64,000 nt of DNA. Source: the human T2T-CHM13v2.0 reference genome, Homo sapiens. Both the position numbers and the translations under genes were made by a program. Shown piece after piece: positions 1 through 14,724 of this stretch. The notes below the pieces were generated by a model. That model did not search any database. It had not been told where the DNA came from and saw only the letters and a list, made by a program, of their open reading frames with translations. The stretch is from NCBI RefSeq assembly GCF_009914755.1, contig NC_060942.1; one strand, given 5' to 3'. Numbering within the stretch: position 1 is the first letter of the stretch; each line of letters starts with the position of its first letter.

Positions 1-1080
1 CTCTGGGTCCTATTAAAATTGTCTGGATAATAGTGATTTCTGTTATTGTTGTTTTGATAGACAGCAATCAGTCAAGTTTAAGACTAAATATCTCTAACAA
101 TTTTCTTCTGGTTGTAGTTGTGATGTCTATTTAGTATATAAAGACTTCGCGGTGGTATTGTGACACACCTATTATTTTATTGTACTCAGATCTGAAACCA
201 GACCATTGAGTTTTAAACTGTTTTTCAGTGTTCAAAACCTTTTCTATGCTGACTAAAGTTAATTTTATGCACGTCCAACAATAAAGTGAACACAAGTCTT
301 GACACACCTGGCTTTAAATTTAAAGTATCCTTTCTCCAACTTCCAGCTTTTGTGATACTTCCCTAGCCCAGTCTATATTTCCCACTGATTTCCTTTCTGA
401 GGTTCTGCCTGCAAATGTGGGGTTTTAGCTTTCCTTCATTCTTGTCAGAGTTCTATTCCCCAGTGTATTACTAACCCTTGGTTGGGACTAGGCAAGTCTC
501 TTTCTCTTTACTGGTACTCACCTGGTGGAGAGGTGGAAGAGTCAAGAGTGATCTTTACCTTTAGAACTGCCTTAGCTGCCAGTGGTAGTGGGGATAGTGC
601 TGTATCTTTTTGCTGGTACTCAGTATAGATCAAACAGAGTCCACTGGGCTTCATCCTGCACTGTTTGGTGTCTATATACCAGTAAGGATGGGATGTGGCA
701 CCATTGCTTTTCTCCTATTAGAGCAGATAAATTTTAAAATGTTCTATTTTACAAGATTCTAATTCTCTGGATGGAGAAAGTTTATTTGGGAGTGTTTTTT
801 GTCTTTTTCTGTTGGCAGTTCAGATTTTCTGGTTGCTCCAGTAACTAGGGCAAGATGAATATGAGGCAAAATAAAATTAATTAGTTAATTAATTACTTAA
901 TAGACTCACTGCTGAGTTGTTCCATAAGTCCTGAGATTCTTACCCAGTCTATCTGCTTTTATCTACCTTCGGAATCTTCTGTTAGTTGGTTTACATGTTT
1001 TATTCTAGTTTTATTAGTCATAGTTAGTGGGTGAAATAGGGTACAGTGTGCTCACATTATCTGGTCCAGAACCAGAAGTC
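1..1080 (-). mobile_element. Ancient L1M (L1ME/MD-like) 5' region, degenerate
   Basis: Ends with ...attatctggtccagaaccagaagtc (reverse complement GACTTCTGGTTCTGG...), resembling old L1M 5' termini. T-rich antisense texture. Confidence 0.45.
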
Positions 1081-2246
1081 AATGTATATTTTAAAATGTG
1101 TACAGTAATTGTTGCTTAGGTCTAAGAAGAGGGAAAAGACAGGTGGATAGTGTAGAGGATCTTTGATCCTACATTGACCAAATATACAGTTTGCCTATGT
1201 TTGAGGGGTTCCAACATTAAAACAAGGCAAGTCTTGTGCAAACTGGGACAAACTACTCATCCAATTCAATCCTCACTAAGACATGCTTTATGATGATCTC
1301 CACTTATATTTATCCAAGAAAGTCCTGCATAGAGAAAACAAGGTCAAGTAAACTTACATTCTAGCTAACTAATCCAAATTTCAACCCTGAACTGACAATA
1401 TTAATGAATGGGCTGATGGCGTGGGTCACGTTTGCCTGGATAATAGGCAAGTGCAAGTAGCTTGGCCTGTTTTTCCTACTTTACCTGAGGAAGCTTCTCG
1501 ATTCAGTTTTGGGATTCCCAAAGCATGGGTCCATTCAAAGAAAAAGGCATGCAGATGTGTAGATCATTTCAACCACAGTAAGGAGAGGGATTCCAACAAG
1601 AATGGTACTGCTGTGAGTGCTTGGCCTACAGAATTCAATGTTTTCTCTCTTTGTTTCTGTGCACCTTCCTGAATTCCCATTGCCCAATCATGGCAGGCGT
1701 GTGTTTCTGGCCTACATCAGTGTTCCTTCCCCCTCTGAACAAAGAGACGAAGGAGATAAGAAAACTTAAAAATTATTCCCCTGAATCTATGGACCTGTAG
1801 TTTTCTTGTTAAATAAATGGTACAGGCTATCACATAACTGATTTTGTTCCAATATCAACAATTTTAATATGTAACTGAGAGACTTGAGAAAAATTAGGTA
1901 AAGAGAATCTGATTTGGGGTTTCTTCTAAGAATGATAGTTCTGTTAGCACAGAAACAAAAGCAAACAAAACTACAGAAGCATCAGTCATAGGAGCCCCAG
2001 AGTATAGCAGAACCTTTCCCTCTGTGACACTTTCAATGACGCATGACCCTTCGACGTGAAACCTTTGCCTTAGTCTATAAATAAATAGAGGAGAAGATGA
2101 AAAAAGAGGTCAGTAATCTCCTGTTACTATTGAACCTTTATGGGACCTACTTTAAAATGAAAAAAGATTATTTCTCAGTTCTATGAGAGCGTGATATAAT
2201 TCATGGAAAGGAAGATTGGTCCCAAATCCCTATGGAGAAAGAACTC

Positions 2247-2608
2247 TGTATTAGTCCTTTTTCACACTTCTGGTAAAGACATACCCGAGACTGGGTAATT
2301 TATAAAGAAAAAGAAGTTTACTGGACACTCAGTTCTACGTGTCTGGGGAGGCCTCACAATCATGGCGGAAGAGCAAGGGACATTTTACATGGTGGCAGAC
2401 AAGAGAGAGAATGAGAGCCAAGTGAAAGTGTTTCCCCTTATAAAACAATCAGATCCTGTGAGGTTTATTCACTACCATGAGAACAGTATAGGGGAAACGG
2501 CCCCCATGATTCAATTGTCTTCCACCGGGTCCCTCCCACAACACATGGGAATTCTGGAAGCTAAAATTCAAGATGAGATTTGGGTGGGGACACAGCCAAA
2601 CCATATCA
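2247..2608 (-). mobile_element. THE1 (MaLR) solo LTR, THE1C/D-like
   Basis: TGTATTAGTC...GATTTGGGTGGGGACACAGCCAAACCATATCA, 362 bp, with a perfect 5-bp TSD AACTC (2242-2246, 2609-2613). Confidence 0.95.
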
Positions 2609-5389
2609 AACTCCTTGGAATTTTAGCATTCAGAAATAAAGCAATCTGTGAGTCTAATCTTCAAATGTTATTGCTATTTAGTGTCTGTTCATAGAAATAG
2701 GTTTTTCTCACAAGCTGAGTGATAAGAGACAACTTACTCCTCTCTATCATCTGTGTTTCTTTTCTGATAAAATTCAAGCTGCAAACATTACTGTCTTACT
2801 GCTTCCCTTTCCACAATTGACTTGCTATTCTAATTAGTAAAGATTTGGGAGCAGATGCCAAGAAAGCTTCTAGCACTGAAATAATTTCTCTCTGCTCATT
2901 ACGGAATATAAGAATATTTTCTCAACTAGTTTTATTTCTTTGTTTCAGGTGCTAAACATTATTTCTATTTTTGAGTGCAATAACATGGATCACTTAATAA
3001 CCTCAGTCTTGTCAGAAGCTGTCAAATAATTCTGTTGAAATCCTGTGAATGTCTCAAACATAAGAATCTATAACAATGCAGCATAAAATGAGAAGTATTG
3101 TTTTTCAGAGATTTCAAACTTGAATCTAGAAAATATAATAATTAATAATAATAATAATAAAAGACCTTGAAAATGCCCAAAGTTTCCTTAAGAGAAACAT
3201 AACAATGTTTCTTTCATCTCCTTCTCTTCTTAATAGGGGCTGCTAATCACTGCATATCAGCACCAAGTTAAATTTAAAATTAGTTTTTATATTTTATTGT
3301 TTTCTGTTTTGCCTAATTAGTAATACTGCAAAAGAATTGTTTTCTATTATGTTTTATTGCTGCATTTTTTATTAAGTAATATTTTGGAAGATGGATTGAG
3401 ATCATGAACACTGTCAATAACATTACTACTATGGGGAAATATTTTCTACTTTCTAATATCTACTTTCCAAAGAACTTTGGGAAAAAAAAATTTTAAATTT
3501 CATAACTATGTAATACGTAACAGGCACTGAGAGAAAACAAAAAGACATATTAAAGCAGCATCTTATATAAAGTTGCTTACCTAATAATAAACAGCAGAAT
3601 ACTTGTCATTTTCAGGTTGACTCCATTAGTCCATTTTATCCAGGTTTTATTTTACTTCACAAATTTCTGAAATGAAAATAAAAGAGTGAGATTATTTAAA
3701 ACCTAAATAAGAAAAAAAACTATGCGAATTGTACTGGATAATTAACCTACTCATAAATACATGAAATGATGAATCATCTTAGTTTCATGCATATGCAGTG
3801 CAAATTATGTGGCAGAATTATATTATGTCCTAACGTTTATCTCCTTGTTAAGAATCAGAAATAACTCTTAACAACATGTGGCTAAGATAAGTCTCCACAC
3901 TAGACTAGTTTGTATTCCTTTTCATATGGTTCCGTTGATATTCTCTTTTGTCCTCAGGATGTTTCTGCCAAGTTTTCTTCCCTGGGATTGAGTTTGAGTG
4001 TGGTTAGTAAAGACACCTGGCTTCATATTTTAGGTCAATCAATTACTACTGGTTTAATCTTGAGTAAAATATTTAATTCCTCCTGCTTCACTGGATAATA
4101 TATCTCTCTTGGATTTCTATGACAAAGATTGAGAAGAACTAACCCTTTTCTCTTCTTTTCCTTGCTGATTACAAGCTTCTTTTGCCACACCTCCAGGATG
4201 TGTCTACTTATTTTCACGATGTTTTCTGAAATATATAGACTACTTGTCTGTGTGCTGTCCTGTGTTTGCTTAGCCCTGCACTTCTACGTATCTATGCTTT
4301 GTAAGCTGTTTCTTATTCTCAGAACTGTTGGGAAGGAACTAAGGAATGTTTCCTATCAGTTTGTATGGAATAAAAAAATTATGATGAGGCACTACACTGA
4401 AAACTCATTCTCTTGAAACGGTAGTACACTGGCAACAAATACATTGGATGCACTATAGATATAAACTCTTTAGTTGTTTTTATGAATCATCTGTCATAGA
4501 ATCTGATGATATATAATACTTAGTCCTTTAAAGGCTAATAGCATTTCTGTGATGGACTTTATATGTTTCAAAGACTTTCACATGTATTGAAACAGCATCT
4601 TGATATAGACAAGAAAGACTAGGGAGATGAAATGGTCCTGAGTCAACCAATACAGAAACAGAAACAACGGCTACAAACACATAACTCAAGCACAAGTACT
4701 TTTTTTTGTAAGGTATCAGATATAAAGATTCAATGTCAAATGAAATTTTTAAAATTAGGTTTGTGTGCCTTCCCATAGAATAAATAAAGTAGATCATGGT
4801 GAGTGGAAGCTGAGAAGAAAACAAGTGGACGGTAGAGCATGAGTTTACAAAGCTACCAGATTCTGTTGGATCACATTTTGGTTTTCTCCAGCAGGGTGTA
4901 GCTGTGTGGAAGTTGGGTCAACCTTGTCAATATCAGCTGGAAATACAAACATATTTATGATAATAATGGAGTGACTCTTATCTATGGATCTATTTAGAAA
5001 CACCTCTGCCCCAATGAGTCCTTTCTACCCAGTGCAGAGAATCTTTAGCACATACATAATGAGATCTCCAACAATATAGAAGATATGACTACCTTAAGGA
5101 GTGGATTTGGCTTGTGTCATAGCTGAGCTGAGTCATCAGAGGAGTATGACAACCTGTTCCTTTATCCACCCTTCACAGGCTACCCAAACTTACTTTCTAA
5201 GTGTCTTCTCATTAGATGCATTCATTCTGATCTCACTTTCACATGTGGAGTTTTGAGAAAGGCTTTGCTTTTAACTTCTCCATGATTTTCAACACACTAT
5301 ATACGTAAAAGGTAGCCTGGGTGTTGCGTTTACTTTTAGCATTTAAGGGCTGGCATTTTCCTTATCTCTCCTTTCATTATAGTTTGATT

Positions 5390-5572
5390 ATTCTGTTATG
5401 GCACTCTTCTCAATGTATAGTAATTGTGTGTTTAATGTATATATCTCTTCCACTAGCCTGTGTGTTCAGCTCCAGAGTGATTAAACATGGCATATATTCT
5501 CATATTCAGTTCCACAATAGGCATAGCAAAGCTAGCCATGTCATGGGAGATGAGACCTGTTTAACTGAATTT
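5390..5572 (+). mobile_element. L2 3'-end fragment
   Basis: Degenerate match to the L2 3' tail (tctcttccactag...tgaat). Confidence 0.45.
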
Positions 5573-7571
5573 CCTAAGACATATTTTTTTTTCTCCACCA
5601 TTATGACCACATACCTTTGTTCTGCTCTTTGGCATTCTGATTCCTTTTATGAATTCACAATAATTGGGCAAATTTGATAACCCATTTGCCTTCTTTTACA
5701 TTTGTTTACTCAGTTAGGTTCTAGTAAAATTTTGTTATTTGTGTTCCTTTTATTTCAATATCTTCTGTTCCAATTCTGAAACCCTTATTATTTTTCTCTG
5801 TTATCTGGTCTCATATCTTTAGCGAATATTTGGCACTTTAATGATGAGATAAGATTAAAATTTGAAATTAATCAGTAAAAGTAGCTGGCATATATCTGTG
5901 TTCAGTAAATACTGAATATAAAAATTAGCAAATGATTTAAGGTAGTGTAATTCATTTTTGGTAAGCCAAAATTACAAGCAAATCCTCCATACTTCCGGAC
6001 TTAAGTGCGTTCTACTAGATTATAAAGTAACAATAAATAAAAAAATCAATAAATTATAATTACTCAATAAAATCCTAGCACATTCATTCACAAACATCAG
6101 TATCCTCAATAGGCCAATTAGCTCTAGACTAGCCAAATCTTTGTGGAACACAGAGACATATGAGAATGTATTTCTTTTCTTTCCTCTTTCTGCATCAAAT
6201 TACATTTCAACGTAAAAGAAAACACTTAACAAATTCACTTGCCAAGCTTTTTCTAGCTTTTTTTTTTTCACAAGAAGTGGTTAATTTTACATCTAAATTG
6301 CATCACATTTCTCTCTTATGTACTACCTAATGAGTGGTTTGGACCGTATCGTTTGAAAGCATCATAAGTCAAATTTCAACCTAAGTGCAGAATAGTCTTA
6401 CATTTTTTACTGAAAGAAGATAAAAAGTATTATGGCCAAATCTTCCAAAGTAGGCAAAGATACAAATTTTCAGACATTGCGTAAATGCCAGACTTAGATT
6501 GATTTTTGCTTTTTTAATATTCAATTATCCCTTAAGTGAAGATCAACAGCCAAAACTTGTCTTTAGCTTTCTTCTTTTACCCTGGTTTGTTCCTAATGCT
6601 TTGGAATTGATGTGTGATGTATTTTGAGTTCTTGAAAGATTTCTTCAAACTATGTACTTGTATATTATAAAGTTTAAATAGAATTTTTTTATTTAATGAC
6701 CATGCTTAATGTACAAAACATTCCAAAGCTTAAAATGTATGTCTTTATTTCCTCCCATCCACTGTCCTACTCTTTACCCTATCCACTATACATTACCTAT
6801 CCCTGATAATACAAAAATATATAGGTGGCTAGTGTTTGCATCTATTGTCTTTACTTAAGAACTGATGTTGTTTCTTTACATTCACTTTTTGCTCTTCCTC
6901 TTGCTTCTGGTATTTATCTGTGTAATGTACAAGTCCAAAACAGTAACATACATACCTACATACCCAGCTGACAACCACAACTTGCAACAACTTTCCTCTT
7001 ATACAGACAGTCTAGTTCATTTAGGCTAAGATATTTTAGAATGCTCACTGTGTCATCCCTTCCAGATATTTTTATCAACTATAAAATCTCAATCAAGGAA
7101 ATTATGTCTGCATAAAATTAATTTCTTTGTTTAACTTAAACAAATTAAAATTGACACTGAGCCCTCATTCTATTGAATTGGTAAAAATTTAACCTCAAGG
7201 ATCACCTGGGCTACCCTAGGCTTTTTTCTCTAGAGTCCCAGGTGAATGAAGTAGGCTTTACAGAGAGCCTAAAGTGGGTAGTGGAAGGAGGAGGGAATTT
7301 TCTAATCTCTATTCTATTGTGCTCTGTACTGTCATCCCCATCAGGGAGTTTGTCATTTTCTCAGGTACCGTCATAACTATCTGCACACTTTTCCGTGTGC
7401 TGGGATCCACAGACTTGTAAAAAGACCAAAGGACTTGTATGCTTTCTCTGGTGATGGAATAATCTGAAACTAGTGCTTTGTTCTTATTTTTGCTGTCAAC
7501 AGTAAAATGATTTTCATCTCAGGAAGACTACAGCAAAAAAGTAAATATCCTTTTTCAGAAACGTGTAGATG

Positions 7572-7882
7572 TTTTTGTTTGTGTATTTATTTATTTATGT
7601 ATTTGAGACAGAGTCTTACTCTGTTGCCCTGGAGTGCAGTGGTGGGATTGAGGCTTACTACAACCTCTGCCTCACAGGTTGAAGCGATTCTTCTGCCTCA
7701 GCCTCCCGAGTAGCTGGGACTACAGGCGTGCAACACCACACTAAGCTAATTTTTGTATTTTTAGTAGAGACGGAGTTTCACCATGTTGGCCAGGCTGGTC
7801 TCAAACTCCTGACCTCAAGTGATTCGTCCACCTCAGCCTCCCAAAGTACTGGGATTACAGGCATGAGCCATTGTGCCTGGCC
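7572..7882 (-). mobile_element. AluS (Sx/Sz-like)
   Basis: Complete dimeric Alu in antisense with a (TTTA)-type tail. Contains GACCTCAAGTGAT and CATGTTGGCCAGGCTGG. Confidence 0.95.
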
Positions 7883-8029
7883 AATTTTTGCCCTTGTTGA
7901 TTTGAAATCTTCCTGGTAAAATGTGTTTGGAGGTTTTAAAATGTTGTCTGTCAAAAAGTGAGTAGTGGCATAGTGAATAAAATGACTTTGGGTCCCAGTT
8001 TATAGTTACGGTGGAATAACTGTGATTCG

Positions 8030-10190
8030 ACTAACCTACTTTTTTGATGACAACAATTATAAACCCCAAACTAAAAAGTAAAAAATAAAAGAACATAAAA
8101 CAAAAACACATTTCTGAAGGCACCAGAAAGGGACCACAAGCAGCAGACCCTGGAGGGAACATGACTCTTGAGAGAAGGTAAACGTTATGGGTGAAATCCA
8201 CATTCATGCAGCTTTTTTCTGAAAGCATTCTCCTATTTTCAGAGTGTTTCAGAGTTAAGGCTCAAGCAGAAAGCAACATTCACTTTGACTGAGCATCAGA
8301 GATTGGAGTTTGAGGGTGCAAGATTAATTGGAGAGTAGAGCCACAAAGGTGGAAGTCCCAGAATCTGCATAGTAACAAATTGCACACCCTTGTCAACATC
8401 TGAACCATAATCTTACAGGGAAAGTTTCCAAGAAAATTGAGCAAATACTATCGTTAGAAAACTAAAACTTTTTAGCAGAAATTTCAACAGCTGTGTAGTA
8501 TCAGTGATAGAATTTGATAATGTAATATGGACAATTTAAGAGAAATTTATAATAAGTGCCTAAGATTTGTGATTAGAACTTCAAAAAGACCAAATATCAG
8601 AAACTGCGATTACAACCAAGGACTAAGGACAAAACTCACATTAAATGTAAAAACAGTTATTCGTAACATCAAGATGACCTGCAGCCATTTATCTGCTTGG
8701 AAGAACAAAATTCAACACTTCCAGGAAAAAGATAAAAGCATTCTAAATTTTCCAACAACGTATGATTGACAATTTTCCATTTGTAATAAAATTGATAAAC
8801 ATATGAAATTATAGGAAACTGTGACCTCTATCAAGAAATATACAGTCAATATAAGCAGATCCAAAATGACCAGGGTGTTGCAATTAGCCAACATGGAATT
8901 TAAATTTACTATGATAAATATGTTAGGGCATGTGTAGGAAAAGAATTGACATGAGTCAGCAGATGGGAAATTTCAGATTTATTGACACTTTAATGGGAGT
9001 ATATAATGGACATCTCAGAAGTGAGAAATAAAATACCAAACAAACACACAAACACACACACATACCACCACTTCAGCGAATTGGATAAACAGTGGAGTCG
9101 ACATAGTAGAAGAGAAGATCAATAGGAATAAAGATAAGGCAACAGAAATTGTTCAAACTGAAGCCCAGAGAAGAAAACAAGAGTAAGGTAGTATAGAAGA
9201 GCAACAAACAATAACTCAACCACCTATTGAGAAATCACAGCATACAAGTGGAATAAGAAATATAAATAAAAGCATAACTAGGAATATTATATTTAAATGA
9301 TGAAAAAATATAGAGAGTAATTAAAAACAGCTAAAGAAAAAAGACACCACATTTAGCAGATTGGTATCAATATTGATGACTGACTTTTTACCATAAAAGA
9401 GTGCGAAAGATAATCAACATTTTTATGTGTAGAAAAAAATAAACACTATCAACCTAGAATTATAAGTACAGTAAAATTATCTTTCAAAATTGAAGATTAA
9501 ATAAAGATGATATCAAGTCTAATCTGAGAATATAATGTAAGAAATGATAGAGAAAATTCTTCATGCTGAATGGAAGTCAGACCATATGCAAATTCAGTTC
9601 TTCAGCATGAAAGAAACACTACCAAAAATGGTATGTGGATAATTCTCAAAAAATATTTATCTTTTGTTCTTAAGTGAGCTAATAGTCAATTTAATTTTCA
9701 AAGCCAAAAAATATAATGATGTATTATAGGACTTCTAGCATTGCTAGAAGAAAACTGACAAAAATAGCACAAAGTACAGCTAGGAGTATAAAAAAAAACT
9801 TCTTATTGTCTCATACAAATTATTTCAAGTTTTATAAGACTGACTTAAGGAGGACATCGTAAGTTAAGAAAGCATAGTGTATTCTCCACATCAACTATTA
9901 GATAAAAATATAAAAAGAGTTTATAAAGATAAAAATATAAAAAGAGCCAGTAGAAGAGAGCCAGTAGAAGAGAAATAATTGCATAGTGAAATGTATTAGG
10001 TTGACCTTAAGATAAGTAGAAATAAAAAGAAGCAAACAATAAAAGAAAAATAGAGAACAATTAGAACAAATAGAGAACTTAAATATATGATGTTAACTAC
10101 AGATACATTTTAAATATAAAGATGTAGAAAGGTTAAAAGTCAAAGAATGAAAAATCATGTACCATGGAAACATTAAGCATAATGTGTGTG
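8030..10190 (+). mobile_element. Ancient L1M (MD/ME-like) 5'UTR/ORF1 to start of ORF2, degenerate
   Basis: A-rich sense strand. ORF1 C-terminal motif TCAACCTAGAATT...AAAATTATCTTTCAAAATTGAAG at ~9450-9495 and endonuclease-like AAAGGTTAAAAGTCAAAGAATGAAAAA at ~10130. Confidence 0.7.
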
Positions 10191-10589
10191 GGCGTAGTGT
10201 ATTCAAAACTTAATTTATAATGGCCTTTAAATATATGTAATCACTATATGTCAATTATAAAGCATTCCAGAAGTGTTTTATAAAAATTTTCTGTGAAAGT
10301 CCCTGACACTGGTGTTTCTTACATTTTCCTTGGTGGCTCTTATGGGAAGCCAGCATAGGAATCAAGAATGAGATGATCTCTGAATTATCTTCCAACAATA
10401 AGTTTCAAGACCTCTGACAATAAACGGCCTAAAAATAAATTCCATAATTATGATAAAACTGTTACTTTTCAATAGCTTGAACATTGTTTTCATTTTCTAA
10501 TAATTTACAGAAAATGTTTTTCAATTATGAATTACTTAAGTTCTAAAACATATTAATTTCTTAAATAGCTTTATCTTTTACGGTGATTT

Positions 10590-11380
10590 AACTTTTGTAA
10601 ATAGCCCTTAAACATTTGAAAGCACGGTCATGCTTACTATAACTAAAAAGTAAACTAAACTGAAATATCAATTCTCCAATATTTGATTAGCAAAAAAATC
10701 TAAAAGCTTCAATACATAAACTGTTGGCATGACTATATTAAAAACTGACTCTCATATATTGCTGGCTAAAGTTCAAGATGACATAATACTGTGGAAGTTA
10801 ATTTGTCAGTAAATTACAAAGTTATCAGTAAATTACAAAGTTACACGTGCACTTACCACATCTAGAAACAGATATATATATTATATATATAAAGATATAT
10901 ATAATATATATAAAGATATATATAATATATTAAGATATATATATTATATATAATATATAAAGATATATATATTAAGATATATTATATATAATATATAAAG
11001 ATATATATTATATATTAAGATATATTATATATAATATATAAAGATATATATTATATATATTAAGATATATTATATATAATATATAAAGATATATATTGTA
11101 TATTATATATTAAGATATATTATATATAATATATATTAAGATATATATATATATCTTAACAAGTACAAAACAATGCAAGCCAAAAGTTAGTCATAATGAC
11201 ATTATTTTTACTTTAACTATCTGAAAAGTATCCATGTCTATTAATAAGGGATGTTGAACTCACTGTGGTATATCCACACAAAGAAGTTCTGTGCATACCT
11301 AAAAAAGTGAGTAAAGCCTTATGTGGTACAAGAAAATGATCTCTAGAATATATTGTTTTGTGAAAAAAGCTAGAAGCAAA
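10590..11380 (+). mobile_element. L1ME-like 3' region interrupted by an AT-rich tandem repeat
   Basis: L1 3' motifs (gattagcaaaaaaatctaaaag, tcatatattgctgg, ctgtggtatatccacaca). Confidence 0.6.
10871..11159. repeat. AT-rich compound minisatellite (TA runs with AAG interruptions, ~43-bp higher-order unit)
   Basis: Repeated TAAGATATATTATATATAATATATAAAGATATATATTATATAT-like units. No C on the + strand for ~280 bp. Confidence 0.95.
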
Positions 11381-11706
<326 letters not shown>

Positions 11707-11879
11707 TCACCTTTTTTGTGTTTGTATGTCTACATGTGTATGCACTCATAAATATGATATTGTAGTGAATAGAGATAAGATAAATAGGTATAATACGAAT
11801 TGGTAATATATGCATGGATATATGTATACATACTTTTAGTATATAATTATAAATTTATATTTGCTTATCATATCTATAT

Positions 11880-12450
11880 TTGACTGCTATATGTATATGT
11901 ATGTATATACATATGTGTATATGTTACATCCATATTCATATCCAAATCCATAGTAACAGCTACATTCGTATCTACAGCTATCTATCTATATATATACTGA
12001 AACTGACAAATTTTTATTAGTAATATTCACACCTAAGCTACAGATTTTCGTTTCAATAAAAAAAAACTATGAGCCTTTGGAGTAGTGACTGATTCCAGGT
12101 CACTGGCAAATACATTTTGTTAAGGTAGGAAAAAAGAACACAAATATCAAGAAAGAGTATCTATGAGCTACCTCAAAGGGATTTTCAGTAAGAATTTGAG
12201 ATTATGTGAAGCAAAAATGAGCATTGTGACAAATTTAATATTTTGAATAAATAACAAAAATCACAAGTTCATAGTTACATTCCGAGGTTGATGGGGGAAA
12301 TCACTTAGATGTTATCATTAGAATTAACCATTAAACTATTACATTATTCTAAAAATTTGTTATAAAATAGAATAAATTAAGAATTTATTTACTCTTTCTA
12401 GAAGGAACTGGACCACTCTCTAGTTGGTGTTGGTGGAAGAAACCACTGTG
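11880..12450 (+). mobile_element. L1MC-like 3'UTR fragment
   Basis: cacacctaagctacagattttcgtttc...gagcctttggagtagtgactgattccagg resembles the L1MC3/4 3' region. Confidence 0.5.
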
Positions 12451-13075
12451 TTTGTGTGTGTTTGTATGTATCTAATCAGAGTGAAAAAGTTTTAATGGAG
12501 CAACATTTTATTAGTGTCATCCTATGCTTGATTTTTCATAACTATTTTGTTCAAATCATTGTTGGTATATAGGATGCTTGTTTCTGTTGATATCATTGAT
12601 AATCAGAAAATATGGGGAATACATTGTAATGTTAAATATGTAATGCAAACTTACAGAAAACTTTTACTTTAGCAAAGCCATTTTCTCAGAAATGGTAATA
12701 TGGTATTGATCTTCATTGTATTATAATGCTTAACTTTGTTTTCCATATTCATGACTATTACTGAATTTACTGACGCAAAATTTTAAAAAATACTCGTTGT
12801 ACTAAGTGGCAGATGGTAATACAGTTCCAGGAAAACAATACATTATTTAATTTTTTTGAATATACAATTAATAATAAAGGCATAATTTCCATCCATGTTT
12901 TATATTTTTTTATTTGAGAAAACTTTTGTTTTATTCTCAGACATAGGACCACAGCCTCTTGGAGAAGTAAGGGCATTTCAATTTCCAAAATTCAATATGA
13001 ATATTATTAAACATAATGTATATAGAGAAATATCTCAAAAATATTAAAATGTAAAGCCCTTAAAAATACACAATG

Positions 13076-13378
<303 letters not shown>

Positions 13379-13389
13379 CCACAATGAAA

Positions 13390-13682
13390 ATAATTAAATA
13401 TAAAGAAACCAAGTATGCTATGGGGCTGGGATAGAAACAGACACAAAGACCGATGGCATTGAACACAAAACCCAGAAATAAATCTGTACATTTATGGTTA
13501 ATTGATTTTCAATGAAGATGCCAAAACCTCGGTGGGGAAAGAAGACTCTCTCCAATCAACGATACTGTGAAACCTCGATATACACATACAAAAGAATGAA
13601 ATTAAACTCTCATCTCATACTCCATTATAAAGCTTCCACAAAATGGGTTAAAGACTTTAATAAGACCTGCAACCATGAAACA
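13390..13682 (+). mobile_element. L1 (L1MA-like) ORF2 distal fragment
   Basis: aacccagaaataaatc, ttgattttcaatgaagatgccaa, aaagaatgaaattaaactc, aaatgggttaaagactt match the L1 ORF2 3' region. Confidence 0.8.
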
Positions 13683-13792
13683 TATATATGTAAATATATA
13701 CATATATATGTTTTTACATATATGTTTTACATGCTTTACATGTAAGAACATGTTTTTACATATATACATATATATGTATATATGTGTATATA

Positions 13793-14144
13793 CACCATAT
13801 TCGTAATTGCACAAAACTGGAAACAACCCACATGTATATACATACACTCATACACAGACATAAGCACAATGGGGAGTACTGTTTAATTAAAATGAATGAA
13901 CTATTATTACATGCTACAATGTGAATGAGTCTCAGAATAATTATGCTGAATGAAAGAATCCAGACACAAAGGTGTACATACTGTATGACATAAATCACTA
14001 AAAATTGAAAAGTAATCTATAGTGATAGTAAGCAGATCAGTAGTTACCTGAGAGTTGGGAGGATGAACGGAGTATATTTCACGGATATTAATGTATCAAA
14101 AATACATCAAATTATACTCTTTCGATATGTGTAGTTTATACTAT
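13793..14144 (+). repeat. Left arm of inverted duplication (copy of the L1ME 3' fragment at 15136-15488)
   Basis: Manual alignment to the reverse complement of 15136-15484 gives 13 differences in ~349 bp. Confidence 0.95.
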
Positions 14145-14208
14145 ATATATGTATACATGTATATATGTAAAAACATGTTCTTTATCCATTTATGTATTGA
14201 TGGACATT

Positions 14209-14724
14209 GTGTGTATATATATATATATATATATACACACACAATAGAATAATATTCAATATGTCATTTAAGAAGAAGGAAATCCCATAATCTATAACAA
14301 TATAGAGGGACTTGGAGGACATTGGTAGAATAAAATAAGCCAGGCACAGAAAGACAAATATTATGTGATCTCACTTACGTGTGGAATCTAAAGAAGTTGA
14401 ACTCACAGAAACAGAGAGTCAAATGGTGTATAAGAGATTGGGGATTGACGGGATTGGGGAGATAGTCAAAGGACACAACATTTCAATTAGGAGGAGTAAG
14501 TTCAAGGGATTTATTGTACATCATGGTGCTTATAGTTAATAACAACATTGTGTATACTTGAAAAGTGCTAGGAGAGTAGATTTTAAGTGTTCTCCCCACA
14601 AAAAAGTATGTGAGGTGATGCATATGTTAAATAGTTTGATTTATCCACTCCGCAGTGTATACATATATCAAACCATCATGTTATATATCATAGTTACATG
14701 CAAATTTTACTCAAATTAAAAAAT
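14209..14724 (+). mobile_element. L1MA (MA7/8-like) 3' end
   Basis: aaataagccaggcacagaaagacaaata...gagagtagattttaagtgttctc...catgttatatatcata, the typical L1MA 3'UTR. Confidence 0.85.

Noticed and set aside
2925-3975. Splice-acceptor-like sites (tttctttgtttcag, cattttcag, ttttgtcctcag)
   Set aside because: No matching donor or coherent reading frame, and such motifs are common in AT-rich DNA. A non-coding exon cannot be excluded.
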